A stretch of DNA of 64,000 nt, taken from positions 160,001 through 224,000 of the forward strand of contig BK006944.2 in NCBI GenBank assembly GCA_000146045.2. The letters run 5' to 3'. The notes under the pieces were generated by a model. It did not search any database and was not told where the DNA came from. It worked only from the letters and a program-made list of their open reading frames with translations. Below, in pieces: positions 12,169-22,957 of the stretch. Within the stretch, counting starts at the first letter, position 1, and each line of letters starts with the position of its first letter. This DNA comes from TPA_inf: Saccharomyces (Eukaryota). Made by a program: the position numbers and the translations under genes.

Positions 12169-13861
12169 TACAAGAGATCTGTATAAGTGGACAAACGACC
12201 ATCCTTCATCACCATCGCAGTATCAGTACCCAAGTCAACCTGCACTTTCCACCTCAATACCTTCACAAGCGCCCTCATTCTCGAATCGTAAAAGGTCTAT
12301 GAGCTTTTCTGCCGCTTCTATAGCATCTTCCTCTCACCTTAACAACAACTCGGAGGCGAATGGGAATCCTCTAGCGGCAATAGGCCTGGCGCCCGCACCG
12401 ATGACGCACGAAGAAATCAGGGCTCCTGGTGGATTCAGAAGATCTTTTATAATACAGAAGCGCAGGAAACATAACGTTGATGCGCCCATACCGAATTTTT
12501 TCACCAGGAACTTTATTGAATTTTTGACCTTGTATGGCCACTTCGCTGGTGAAGATTTATCGGAAGAAGAGGAGGAGGAGGAAGAAACTGAAGAGGAGCC
12601 AGAGGAGGAAGCTTTGGAAACGGAAAGCACCCAGCTAGTTTCTCGTGAACACGGGCGCCATCCTCACAAATCATCTACGGTAAAGGCGGTGCTGCTCTTG
12701 TTAAAGTCATTTGTTGGGACAGGTGTGCTTTTCCTACCAAAGGCTTTCCATAACGGTGGTTGGGGATTTAGCGCCCTTTGTCTACTCTCGTGTGCCCTCA
12801 TTTCTTATGGATGTTTCGTATCATTGATTACCACCAAGGACAAAGTAGGCGTAGATGGGTACGGTGACATGGGTCGTATACTATATGGGCCCAAAATGAA
12901 ATTTGCCATTCTTTCGTCTATCGCCTTGTCACAAATCGGGTTTTCTGCTGCATACACTGTTTTCACTGCAACTAATTTGCAGGTCTTTTCTGAAAATTTC
13001 TTCCATTTGAAACCGGGCAGCATCAGTCTAGCCACCTATATCTTTGCACAAGTACTCATCTTTGTCCCACTATCTTTGACAAGAAACATAGCCAAGTTAA
13101 GTGGGACCGCGTTAATAGCAGATCTATTTATTCTACTGGGATTGGTTTATGTTTACGTTTACTCCATTTATTATATTGCTGTTAATGGTGTCGCATCCGA
13201 TACAATGCTTATGTTCAATAAAGCGGACTGGTCGTTGTTCATCGGTACCGCCATATTCACCTTTGAAGGTATAGGCCTACTTATCCCCATTCAGGAGTCA
13301 ATGAAACACCCGAAGCATTTCCGGCCATCGTTGTCCGCGGTGATGTGTATCGTGGCAGTGATTTTCATATCATGTGGTCTCTTATGCTATGCCGCTTTTG
13401 GATCTGACGTGAAAACTGTTGTTTTATTGAATTTTCCGCAGGACACTTCCTATACTCTCACTGTTCAATTACTGTATGCATTAGCCATTTTGTTATCCAC
13501 GCCGTTGCAGCTATTTCCCGCGATACGTATTTTGGAAAACTGGACTTTTCCCTCAAATGCATCTGGTAAATACAACCCGAAAGTCAAATGGTTGAAAAAC
13601 TATTTCCGTTGCGCTATTGTCGTCCTGACATCTATCCTCGCTTGGGTAGGCGCCAACGATTTGGACAAATTTGTATCACTGGTAGGCTCCTTCGCGTGTA
13701 TCCCATTGATCTACATATACCCGCCATTGTTGCACTATAAGGCGTCCATCTTATCTGGAACCTCGAGAGCCAGGCTTCTTTTAGATTTAATCGTCATAGT
13801 ATTTGGAGTTGCTGTCATGGCCTACACGTCATGGCAGACGATTAAAATGTGGAGCCAGTAA
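11783..13861 (+). CDS. AVT3: Vacuolar amino-acid transporter (AAAP family, ~11 TM)
   Basis: 692 aa from the ATG at 11783 (MNGKEVSSG...). Long hydrophilic N-terminus with S/N-rich and poly-Glu tracts, then a multi-TM amino-acid-transporter domain. The listed ORF start at 11726 is a GTG. Confidence 0.9.
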   Translation: MNGKEVSSGSGRTQSNNNKKNNNGGSTGISHASGSPLTDGNGGNSNGNSRSRSRSRKSSGTTGGLLKKPPLLVNNEAVHASVPDASHTSCNNGTLEVSINNPEPHVVDAVARHLIRNPSNSLQLQGGDITRDLYKWTNDHPSSPSQYQYPSQPALSTSIPSQAPSFSNRKRSMSFSAASIASSSHLNNNSEANGNPLAAIGLAPAPMTHEEIRAPGGFRRSFIIQKRRKHNVDAPIPNFFTRNFIEFLTLYGHFAGEDLSEEEEEEEETEEEPEEEALETESTQLVSREHGRHPHKSSTVKAVLLLLKSFVGTGVLFLPKAFHNGGWGFSALCLLSCALISYGCFVSLITTKDKVGVDGYGDMGRILYGPKMKFAILSSIALSQIGFSAAYTVFTATNLQVFSENFFHLKPGSISLATYIFAQVLIFVPLSLTRNIAKLSGTALIADLFILLGLVYVYVYSIYYIAVNGVASDTMLMFNKADWSLFIGTAIFTFEGIGLLIPIQESMKHPKHFRPSLSAVMCIVAVIFISCGLLCYAAFGSDVKTVVLLNFPQDTSYTLTVQLLYALAILLSTPLQLFPAIRILENWTFPSNASGKYNPKVKWLKNYFRCAIVVLTSILAWVGANDLDKFVSLVGSFACIPLIYIYPPLLHYKASILSGTSRARLLLDLIVIVFGVAVMAYTSWQTIKMWSQ

Positions 13862-14057
13862 TCCGCCATTTTTGACCGAGTACATCATGTACAGACACAT
13901 ATATATATATTTATATATGACTCGTTATCTATATGCATCTGGAACACACATACCTTGTTTTAATTATGATTAGCATAAATGTACTATCCTTGTCAATTTG
14001 GTATGGCTGAGTTTACCCGGACGAGAGGAAAAGGTATAGTGAATAGGATTACCGAAT

Positions 14058-14066
14058 TTTGCCACC
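14058..14066 (-). promoter_or_regulatory. PACE (Rpn4-binding proteasome-associated control element, GGTGGCAAA on minus strand) ~150 bp upstream of RPT1
   Basis: The + strand reads TTTGCCACC, the reverse complement of GGTGGCAAA, an exact PACE consensus upstream of a proteasome ATPase gene. Confidence 0.5.
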
Positions 14067-14212
14067 CGAAAACTAAACTAGCATGCAGCTTACTATACAA
14101 AGAACTGGGTATATACAGTATTTTCCAAGGAGATGAGAATTCAAAGCAATATTCAATTGAGATATTTTTTTGAACCATCGTAATAAATCAAGGAAGTTAG
14201 GAACTATACGGA

Positions 14213-15616
14213 ATGCCACCAAAAGAAGACTGGGAAAAATACAAGGCACCTTTGGAAGACGATGATAAAAAACCTGATGATGACAAGATCGTACCCTTAA
14301 CAGAAGGTGACATTCAAGTCTTAAAATCATACGGTGCAGCTCCATACGCAGCCAAATTAAAGCAAACTGAGAATGACTTAAAAGACATTGAAGCGAGAAT
14401 CAAAGAAAAGGCCGGTGTGAAAGAAAGCGATACAGGGTTAGCACCCTCCCATCTATGGGATATTATGGGTGATAGGCAGAGACTGGGCGAAGAACATCCC
14501 TTACAAGTCGCTCGTTGCACGAAGATCATTAAGGGGAATGGTGAAAGTGACGAAACTACGACAGATAATAATAACAGCGGCAATAGCAATAGTAATAGCA
14601 ATCAACAGTCTACTGATGCAGACGAAGACGATGAAGATGCCAAGTACGTGATAAATCTTAAGCAAATTGCCAAATTTGTCGTCGGATTAGGTGAACGTGT
14701 TTCTCCAACAGATATAGAAGAAGGTATGCGTGTAGGTGTCGATAGGTCGAAATATAATATTGAACTTCCATTGCCTCCAAGGATTGACCCATCAGTTACT
14801 ATGATGACCGTTGAAGAAAAGCCTGACGTTACTTATAGCGATGTCGGTGGCTGTAAAGACCAAATTGAAAAGCTGAGAGAAGTTGTCGAGCTGCCCTTAT
14901 TATCTCCAGAAAGATTTGCTACTCTTGGTATTGATCCACCAAAGGGTATCTTATTATATGGGCCACCTGGTACTGGTAAGACATTATGTGCTCGTGCTGT
15001 TGCTAATAGAACTGATGCAACTTTTATTAGGGTCATTGGGTCTGAGCTAGTGCAAAAATATGTCGGTGAAGGTGCTCGTATGGTTAGAGAATTATTTGAA
15101 ATGGCTCGTACCAAAAAGGCTTGCATTATATTCTTCGATGAAATCGACGCTGTTGGTGGTGCTCGTTTTGATGATGGTGCTGGTGGTGATAATGAAGTTC
15201 AAAGAACTATGTTAGAACTGATTACACAGTTAGACGGGTTTGACCCTCGTGGTAACATTAAAGTGATGTTTGCCACCAATAGGCCCAACACTTTAGATCC
15301 AGCTTTATTGAGACCCGGTAGAATTGATCGTAAGGTAGAGTTTTCATTACCTGACTTGGAAGGTCGTGCAAATATCTTCCGTATTCACTCTAAATCAATG
15401 AGTGTGGAACGTGGCATCAGATGGGAACTTATCTCCAGACTGTGTCCAAACTCTACCGGTGCAGAATTAAGATCTGTTTGCACAGAAGCCGGTATGTTTG
15501 CCATTAGAGCAAGAAGAAAGGTGGCTACTGAAAAGGATTTCCTGAAGGCTGTTGATAAAGTTATTAGCGGATACAAGAAGTTTAGTTCCACATCGCGTTA
15601 TATGCAATATAATTGA
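14213..15616 (+). CDS. RPT1: 26S proteasome regulatory particle AAA-ATPase
   Basis: 467 aa with Walker A GPPGTGKT, Walker B IIFFDEID, and AAA second region of homology. Matches yeast Rpt1 (YKL145W). Confidence 0.97.
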
Positions 15617-15842
15617 CGTCAATGTACTTTTTTATTATATATTATGAGAAGGGTTAATAAAAACAACAAGTACAACTACAACTATCGAGATAAAAAGGAT
15701 ACGAGAGTATCCCCTCAAATAGAGAAAGAATTAGCGTATATAATGCTAAAGAAAATTCACGTTTATTATATATTATTATCCTCATTATTACTGTTACTAT
15801 TATTATTAAATGTTTTATTGAAGTCAGTGGCGTCCTTATCTA

Positions 15843-16481
15843 TCATTCCCACCAACTAACGAGTCCCATGCCATCAGTTTGACAACTACCTAATAGGGCA
15901 TATGCTGGAGGTTTTTCGTTTTGAGGAGTTTCTTCATTCTTACCCTCAATCTCATTCTCTAATTGAGCTCTTTCCTCCAATTCTCGTTCTTTGGGTGATT
16001 TTGGCTTCACATCAACAAAAACTTCTCTTTCGATTCTGAATCTAATTTTTTCATTTACATCGAAATATAGTTTCGTCTCTTCATCCATGGGCCAAATCCA
16101 TGCACTTTCTTCAGGGGTATAATAGCACCCTTCGAATAACATATTTTGTGGGATAAAAATGTCATCAAATATACCTAACAGTGAAACTTTTATGCCTTCT
16201 GCTGTACATTTAGAAATCCATCCAGTTACTATCTCACCTAGAAACGGTTTGAAAACAACGGCTCGAAATGTAACGTTAATATAGGATGATCCATCGCCTG
16301 GCTTCAATTGGCCTTCCTCGACGGTTAATAAGTCGTAAATCGTAATACATAGACCGACATTGGGAATAATCTTGTTGGCGAACTTATTATTTAACTGATG
16401 TGTGATTGCCGATATTGTATCGCGATGGAATTGATCGGGCGGGATTCGTACCAAGTCAGCGATTTTTGAAAGGATAAACAT
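15843..16481 (-). CDS. RPC25: RNA polymerase III subunit C25 (Rpb7-like)
   Basis: 212 aa: MFILSKIADLVRIPPDQFHRDT... Matches yeast Rpc25 (YKL144C). Confidence 0.95.
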   Translation of the reverse strand: MFILSKIADLVRIPPDQFHRDTISAITHQLNNKFANKIIPNVGLCITIYDLLTVEEGQLKPGDGSSYINVTFRAVVFKPFLGEIVTGWISKCTAEGIKVSLLGIFDDIFIPQNMLFEGCYYTPEESAWIWPMDEETKLYFDVNEKIRFRIEREVFVDVKPKSPKERELEERAQLENEIEGKNEETPQNEKPPAYALLGSCQTDGMGLVSWWE

Positions 16482-16656
16482 ATTACCTTGTTCAATGAAT
16501 TTTCTAATTTAAATAGTACTACAGAATGTCTTTATACTACCCGATAGTTTCTTCCGAATAACGCTTCTTGCGTCTATTTCTGCACATGGCTTGAATATTC
16601 GTTATTATGATACGAAATTAACTAATCCGTATAACGCGACTGAAAATTTGTCAAAT

Positions 16657-16675
16657 AAAAATTTTAAGCGATGAG
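16657..16675 (+). promoter_or_regulatory. RRPE (AAAAATTTT, 16657-16665) immediately followed by PAC (GCGATGAG, 16668-16675) in the bidirectional RPC25 / LTV1 promoter
   Basis: Exact consensus of both ribosome-biogenesis regulon motifs with the typical tight spacing, ~110 bp upstream of LTV1. A second RRPE-like TGAAAATTTG lies at 16641-16650. Confidence 0.55.
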
Positions 16676-16780
16676 CATCGCCTGAATATTATGAGCATCT
16701 AAATCAGGGTTCTTACCGAATCCTACGAGCAACCAGTATAGTATTTCAAAGACTTTAAGGGGAATATAAAAAGCACGAAG

Positions 16781-18172
16781 ATGTCGAAGAAATTTAGCTC
16801 TAAAAACTCCCAAAGGTACGTGGTGGTACACAGACCCCATGATGATCCTTCATTTTATGATACAGATGCCTCTGCGCACGTTTTGGTTCCTGTCTCCAAT
16901 CCAAATAAAACTTCTCCAGAAGCAGATCTTCGAAAAAAAGACGTGAGTTCAACAAAACCAAAGGGTAGGAGGGCTCATGTGGGAGAAGCAGCTTTATATG
17001 GTATTAATTTTGATGATTCTGAATACGATTATACTCAACATTTGAAGCCAATAGGTCTCGACCCTGAAAACTCCATCTTTATAGCATCCAAAGGCAATGA
17101 ACAGAAGGTCGAAAAAAAAAACATTGAAGATTTATTCATCGAACCTAAGTATAGACGTGATGAAATTGAGAAGGATGACGCGCTACCTGTGTTTCAAAGA
17201 GGGATGGCAAAGCCAGAATATTTACTACACCAACAAGATACCACCGATGAAATTAGAGGTTTCAAACCTGATATGAATCCTGCATTAAGAGAGGTGCTTG
17301 AAGCTTTAGAAGATGAAGCATATGTTGTTAATGATGATGTTGTGGTTGAAGACATCAGCAAAAAGACACAACTTCAAGGCGATAACTATGGAGAAGAAGA
17401 AAAGGAAGATGACATTTTCGCACAATTACTAGGGAGCGGTGAAGCAAAAGATGAAGACGAATTCGAGGATGAGTTTGATGAGTGGGATATTGATAATGTA
17501 GAAAATTTTGAAGATGAAAACTACGTTAAGGAAATGGCGCAATTTGATAACATCGAAAACCTGGAGGACTTGGAAAATATCGATTATCAAGCTGATGTTC
17601 GAAGATTTCAAAAAGATAACTCTATACTAGAAAAGCATAACTCGGATGATGAATTTTCTAATGCAGGTTTAGACAGTGTAAATCCCTCTGAAGAGGAAGA
17701 TGTGCTGGGCGAATTGCCCTCTATCCAAGACAAAAGCAAGACGGGGAAGAAGAAAAGAAAGAGCCGTCAAAAAAAGGGTGCCATGTCAGATGTATCTGGA
17801 TTTTCCATGAGTTCAAGTGCCATTGCGCGTACAGAGACGATGACAGTACTGGATGATCAGTACGATCAAATCATCAATGGTTACGAAAATTATGAGGAAG
17901 AACTAGAAGAGGACGAAGAACAAAATTACCAACCATTTGACATGTCAGCAGAAAGATCTGATTTTGAGTCAATGCTTGATGACTTTTTGGACAATTACGA
18001 ACTGGAGAGTGGTGGCCGTAAACTGGCTAAGAAAGATAAAGAAATTGAAAGGCTGAAGGAAGCTGCTGATGAAGTAAGCAAAGGTAAACTGTCTCAGAGA
18101 AGAAATCGTGAAAGGCAAGAGAAAAAGAAACTTGAGAAGGTCACCAATACACTAAGCAGCTTAAAATTTTAG
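16781..18172 (+). CDS. LTV1: Pre-40S ribosome export/assembly factor
   Basis: 463 aa, highly acidic and low-complexity. MSKKFSSKNSQRYVVVHRPHDDPSFYD... Matches yeast Ltv1 (YKL143W). Confidence 0.95.
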   Translation: MSKKFSSKNSQRYVVVHRPHDDPSFYDTDASAHVLVPVSNPNKTSPEADLRKKDVSSTKPKGRRAHVGEAALYGINFDDSEYDYTQHLKPIGLDPENSIFIASKGNEQKVEKKNIEDLFIEPKYRRDEIEKDDALPVFQRGMAKPEYLLHQQDTTDEIRGFKPDMNPALREVLEALEDEAYVVNDDVVVEDISKKTQLQGDNYGEEEKEDDIFAQLLGSGEAKDEDEFEDEFDEWDIDNVENFEDENYVKEMAQFDNIENLEDLENIDYQADVRRFQKDNSILEKHNSDDEFSNAGLDSVNPSEEEDVLGELPSIQDKSKTGKKKRKSRQKKGAMSDVSGFSMSSSAIARTETMTVLDDQYDQIINGYENYEEELEEDEEQNYQPFDMSAERSDFESMLDDFLDNYELESGGRKLAKKDKEIERLKEAADEVSKGKLSQRRNRERQEKKKLEKVTNTLSSLKF

Positions 18173-18514
18173 AGGAGTAGAATGAGATGAGAAAGCACCT
18201 ACATTACAAGTACTGTGTAGACATGTATACTTAGCCTAGAATGCATTGATGCTAAAATACATCCTGCCCACCGGGTAATAATTATGAAACGCGGCGGTGC
18301 TCTTTGTGGATTTCGGAGAAAGGGGGTGGAGGAAGGAGGTCGATTTTCATTATTCAAATATTGTTTTAGTATAAAGAAAACCGGCGTGCATTGCTTCAAA
18401 GAGCCGTTCAAATTAGTAACCGTTTGAGATATCTTGTCTTACTACTCGTATTCCGCAGATAAAGTACATTTTAAGAAAGGAAGTAAATACACATAAATAA
18501 ATAGCAGGAAGAAA

Positions 18515-19174
18515 ATGTCTAACGAAATTGAATTACTGCAGAAGCAAGTCTCTGAATTACAAGACTTAGTGAAGAAGCAAAGTCTGATTATCTCTAAGAC
18601 AGGAGAGCGTGTGCTGGAATTGCAGTTAGATAAACAAAAGCACGACGTAACTGATTTTGATTCGAAATTCTCTAAATCTATCTCGAAGAAATCAGGATCC
18701 GCTACTCAATTCGATGCCACTGATTTTGCCACAAATGAAGATCTAGTGGAATTAGTCAAAGAACTACAGGGTGAGCTAAATTTCATCGAGGAAAGGTCTA
18801 TCAGAAGACTTGTTAACTCTTTGAAAAAAGATGATGATGACGTTATAGCGCCACTGCCTAATGCAGATGGTGATATTCCTGCTATTTCAGACGGAGTGTT
18901 CCCTAAGTCGTTGAAAGAATTTAAAGACATCCCAGACTTAAAACTGGTAAGACTTGCTAAATTCTACGAAAGATTGCCACCAACTCTAAAGGAACAAGAA
19001 GATTTTGAAAACTTCCTGGAAGGTAAGGTGGAAGCCTTTCACATTAATGAGACCACTGATGAAGAGATTTCTAAGGAGTTGGAAAAGTTCTCCAAAGATG
19101 AGCTAGATGATGCATTTAATGATGTTGCCCGCTATCTAGGTCTCTCCCTTAGAAGAGGAACCGAAATATGGTAA
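18515..19174 (+). CDS. MRP8: Small coiled-coil protein historically annotated as mitochondrial ribosomal protein Mrp8
   Basis: 219 aa: MSNEIELLQKQVSELQDLVKKQ... Matches YKL142W. Confidence 0.9.
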   Translation: MSNEIELLQKQVSELQDLVKKQSLIISKTGERVLELQLDKQKHDVTDFDSKFSKSISKKSGSATQFDATDFATNEDLVELVKELQGELNFIEERSIRRLVNSLKKDDDDVIAPLPNADGDIPAISDGVFPKSLKEFKDIPDLKLVRLAKFYERLPPTLKEQEDFENFLEGKVEAFHINETTDEEISKELEKFSKDELDDAFNDVARYLGLSLRRGTEIW

Positions 19175-19516
19175 ACAGAAAATGAAAAAAAATGAAAAAT
19201 CAATGAATAAGAGGGCTTGAGTTCCAGGTTCTAGAAATTTCCCTCACTTATATATATATATATATCTATATACATATAGTTTTGAGTATATCATAACAGG
19301 ATTCTCTTTCAATGAAACCTATGTTTTCCGCGGCATTGCAGTTAAAGGATGTTCTAGTGGTGAAAAAGAGAAGAAAAGAATTCAAAGTTTTCCTCCCATA
19401 AGTATACCTATACTTTTTATCTGTGATTGAAAGCTGTATACCAACAGCCTTCTATATATTACCTTGTATACCATTCAGTAGTCTTAAGCATCATCTAACT
19501 TTTGACCAGGTCCATT

Positions 19517-19526
19517 CTGATTGGCT
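19517..19526 (+). promoter_or_regulatory. CCAAT-box (CTGATTGGCT) ~145 bp upstream of SDH3
   Basis: 7 of 8 match to the HAP consensus TNATTGGT. A second box, GCCAATCA, lies at 19637-19644 very close to the ATG. Confidence 0.4.
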
Positions 19527-19663
19527 GCGGTAGCCCGCTCCGTTTTCCGCTCTAAGCGTTTGGTACTTGTATAAATGTGCACTGGCATTATGATATCGAG
19601 ATCCCCGCATAGAAATCTCAGGACCAACCAAAAATTGCCAATCACAAGCTCTAAGAATAATAA

Positions 19664-20263
<600 letters not shown>

Positions 20264-20778
20264 TTCTTTAAGGCGACGCACCTGTTTCTACACACAAATA
20301 TATATATAGCCAATTTTATATATACGTTCCTATATATGACCCAATACCGCACTTATTTATTCTTTAAGATCTTTATAACCCAAAATGCCGATTAACACAA
20401 ACCTATATTTACTAGGGGCACATTTTTTATTTTTTTGCCTTTCTGTAAAATACAATAGAGAAAATAAAGGAACAAACAAGAGGAAAAACAGGAAAAGATA
20501 GCGCAAGAGTAATCATATTCAACAAAATATCAGTGATTTTTTACAGATATCAAGATAATTTCTTTCCGGATACTTATTGAAGCTATTATTTGTTACTGGC
20601 AAGAAAAAGCAAACATAGGCGGTCATTTTTCTTTTGTATAAAGTAAATACAAGAAGAATTATTTTCGAGGAATAACTAGGTGTGCAGAGATATTAAGGAA
20701 CAAGGAAAGAAGAAAGAAAACAATTCGAACAAAACTTTATTATTCTAGCACTATTTTAAAAAACTGTCTTTTGGCAAA

Positions 20779-22425
20779 ATGTACTTCCCCTTTTTAGGCA
20801 GATTATCGATAACAGATTACATTATAGTCGTCTTGGTATACATAGAAAGCATTATTTCATCAGTCCTTAAACTTATACCACAACCAATGATTAACCTTTT
20901 CGAATGGCTAATAAATTTCTCAACGTCCTCCGATGACAATACCATCGAAGAAAAGTTAAGGTCAGCTCCAACTATCCATGAAATGTGTGCAATTTTTGAT
21001 ATATCTGTCGAGGATCATTTGGTAAGAACTGAAGACAATTATATCTTGACACTGCATAGAATCCCACCGATTTCTAAAAACAGATTTAACAATAAAGTGG
21101 TATACTTACATCACGGTCTTTTGATGTGTTCTGATGTTTGGTGTTGCAATATTGAAAGACATAAAAACTTACCGTTTGTATTGCATGATTTAGGTTACGA
21201 CGTCTGGATGGGAAATAATAGAGGTAATAAATATTCAACTGCCCACTTGAACAAACCACCAAAATCGAACAAGTTTTGGGATTTTTCTATCGACGAATTT
21301 GCGTTCTTTGACATTCCAAACTCAATTGAATTCATCTTAGATATAACAAAAGTGGACAAGGTCATCTGCATCGGATTCTCTCAAGGCTCTGCTCAAATGT
21401 TTGCTGCATTTTCGTTGAGTGAAAAATTGAATCGAAAAGTCTCCCATTTTATAGCCATAGCACCCGCTATGACTCCAAAGGGGTTGCACAACAGAATTGT
21501 CGATACCTTGGCCAAATCATCGCCCGGCTTTATGTATCTTTTCTTTGGTAGGAAAATTGTGTTACCTTCAGCTGTCATTTGGCAAAGAACTTTACATCCA
21601 ACACTTTTCAATTTGTGTATCGATATCGCAAACAAGATACTGTTCAATTGGAAGTCGTTTAACATTCTACCGAGACAAAAGATTGCTTCTTACGCAAAAC
21701 TTTATTCAACGACCAGTGTAAAATCCATTGTTCACTGGTTCCAAATATTAAGATCTCAGAAATTTCAAATGTTTGAAGAGTCTGATAACATGCTAAATTC
21801 CTTAACTAGGCCTTACCAAATTGCTAATTTTCCTACTAGAACAAATATCAAGATTCCCATTCTTTTAATTTATGGTGGCATAGATTCTTTAGTTGATATT
21901 GATGTGATGAAAAAAAATCTACCCTTCAACTCCGTCTTTGATGTTAAAGTTGACAATTATGAACACCTGGATTTGATTTGGGGCAAAGATGCCGATACCT
22001 TGGTCATTGCTAAAGTCTTGAGGTTTATTGAATTTTTTAACCCTGGTAATGTTTCAGTGAAGACTAACCAGTTACTACCATCAGCAAGTCTGGTTGAGGA
22101 ATTACCAAGCACGACATGGAAGACAACTCATCCAACGCATGGTCTCAGTTATAGAACTCACTCGGCAGACCGTTCTCCGTTGTCTGTACAAGCTGATGAA
22201 GCGGATGAGGTCCACAATGCTGACAATTCAAGGTTCTTAAGACGAGTGTTTTCTACTAGTGCCATAGACGAGGACAACGAAAATGAGCACCAGGATGATA
22301 CAGAAGATCAAATCCATAAGGAGCAGCAAAGACGGTTAAGTGCCTATCTGGAATCATCCAAAGATTTACGACAACTAGATGCCAACTCTTCGACAACTGC
22401 GCTGGATGCTCTAAATAAAGAATGA
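20779..22425 (+). CDS. TGL1: Steryl ester hydrolase (alpha/beta-hydrolase lipase)
   Basis: 548 aa with the lipase nucleophile elbow GFSQGS. Matches yeast Tgl1 (YKL140W). Confidence 0.95.
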   Translation: MYFPFLGRLSITDYIIVVLVYIESIISSVLKLIPQPMINLFEWLINFSTSSDDNTIEEKLRSAPTIHEMCAIFDISVEDHLVRTEDNYILTLHRIPPISKNRFNNKVVYLHHGLLMCSDVWCCNIERHKNLPFVLHDLGYDVWMGNNRGNKYSTAHLNKPPKSNKFWDFSIDEFAFFDIPNSIEFILDITKVDKVICIGFSQGSAQMFAAFSLSEKLNRKVSHFIAIAPAMTPKGLHNRIVDTLAKSSPGFMYLFFGRKIVLPSAVIWQRTLHPTLFNLCIDIANKILFNWKSFNILPRQKIASYAKLYSTTSVKSIVHWFQILRSQKFQMFEESDNMLNSLTRPYQIANFPTRTNIKIPILLIYGGIDSLVDIDVMKKNLPFNSVFDVKVDNYEHLDLIWGKDADTLVIAKVLRFIEFFNPGNVSVKTNQLLPSASLVEELPSTTWKTTHPTHGLSYRTHSADRSPLSVQADEADEVHNADNSRFLRRVFSTSAIDEDNENEHQDDTEDQIHKEQQRRLSAYLESSKDLRQLDANSSTTALDALNKE

Positions 22426-22957
22426 AAAGAATGCGAGAGAAACCCTATTAAACTATTTTTTGTCTAGGATAATAATATTAGCGCTAATCTAAAAATCGAT
22501 GAACTAAAGAAAGAATATACGTACGTTTTATACACAATAAATGGATTTCATAAGAAGTCCTTAATATCCTCATGCTTGTGGATACTGGAAATTAGTAAAG
22601 TAATTAACTTCCTTTTAGCATTATTCTTATTTGGCTTAAAAAGGTCACGTGAAGCTCTATTTTTTTCGTTTTTTTTTTTCACTGATGGAAGAGAAAAACC
22701 TCTACATAATAAGGTAACTTTACATATTGATTGCCAATGAGATGTTAAAAAATGGACGGTTCAGACAGTAAAATACATTTAGAAAAAAAGAGAAGGTCTT
22801 ATCAGTGTATTTATTCACTGTGCATATTAGCTTTTTTTGGACTTTTTTTGTTCCATTAGTACTTTTAAAAAACCTATTTGTAAATAAAACTAATTCTAGC
22901 ACTATTCTTTGCACTAGAATAACACAGGGACCATACAGCATAAATTATTTGGTAACA

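Noticed and set aside
12334-12630. 98-codon Ser-rich ORF antisense to AVT3 and the YKL147C-like ORF
   Set aside because: It is produced by the GAA/GAG/AGC repeat tracts of AVT3 read on the other strand. No start context or conservation argument supports it.
19250-19285. Interrupted (TA)n run downstream of MRP8 (atatatatatatatatctatatacatata) as a possible regulatory element
   Set aside because: Imperfect simple repeat in a 3' intergenic region. No specific function is inferable. Noted only as a likely polymorphic microsatellite.
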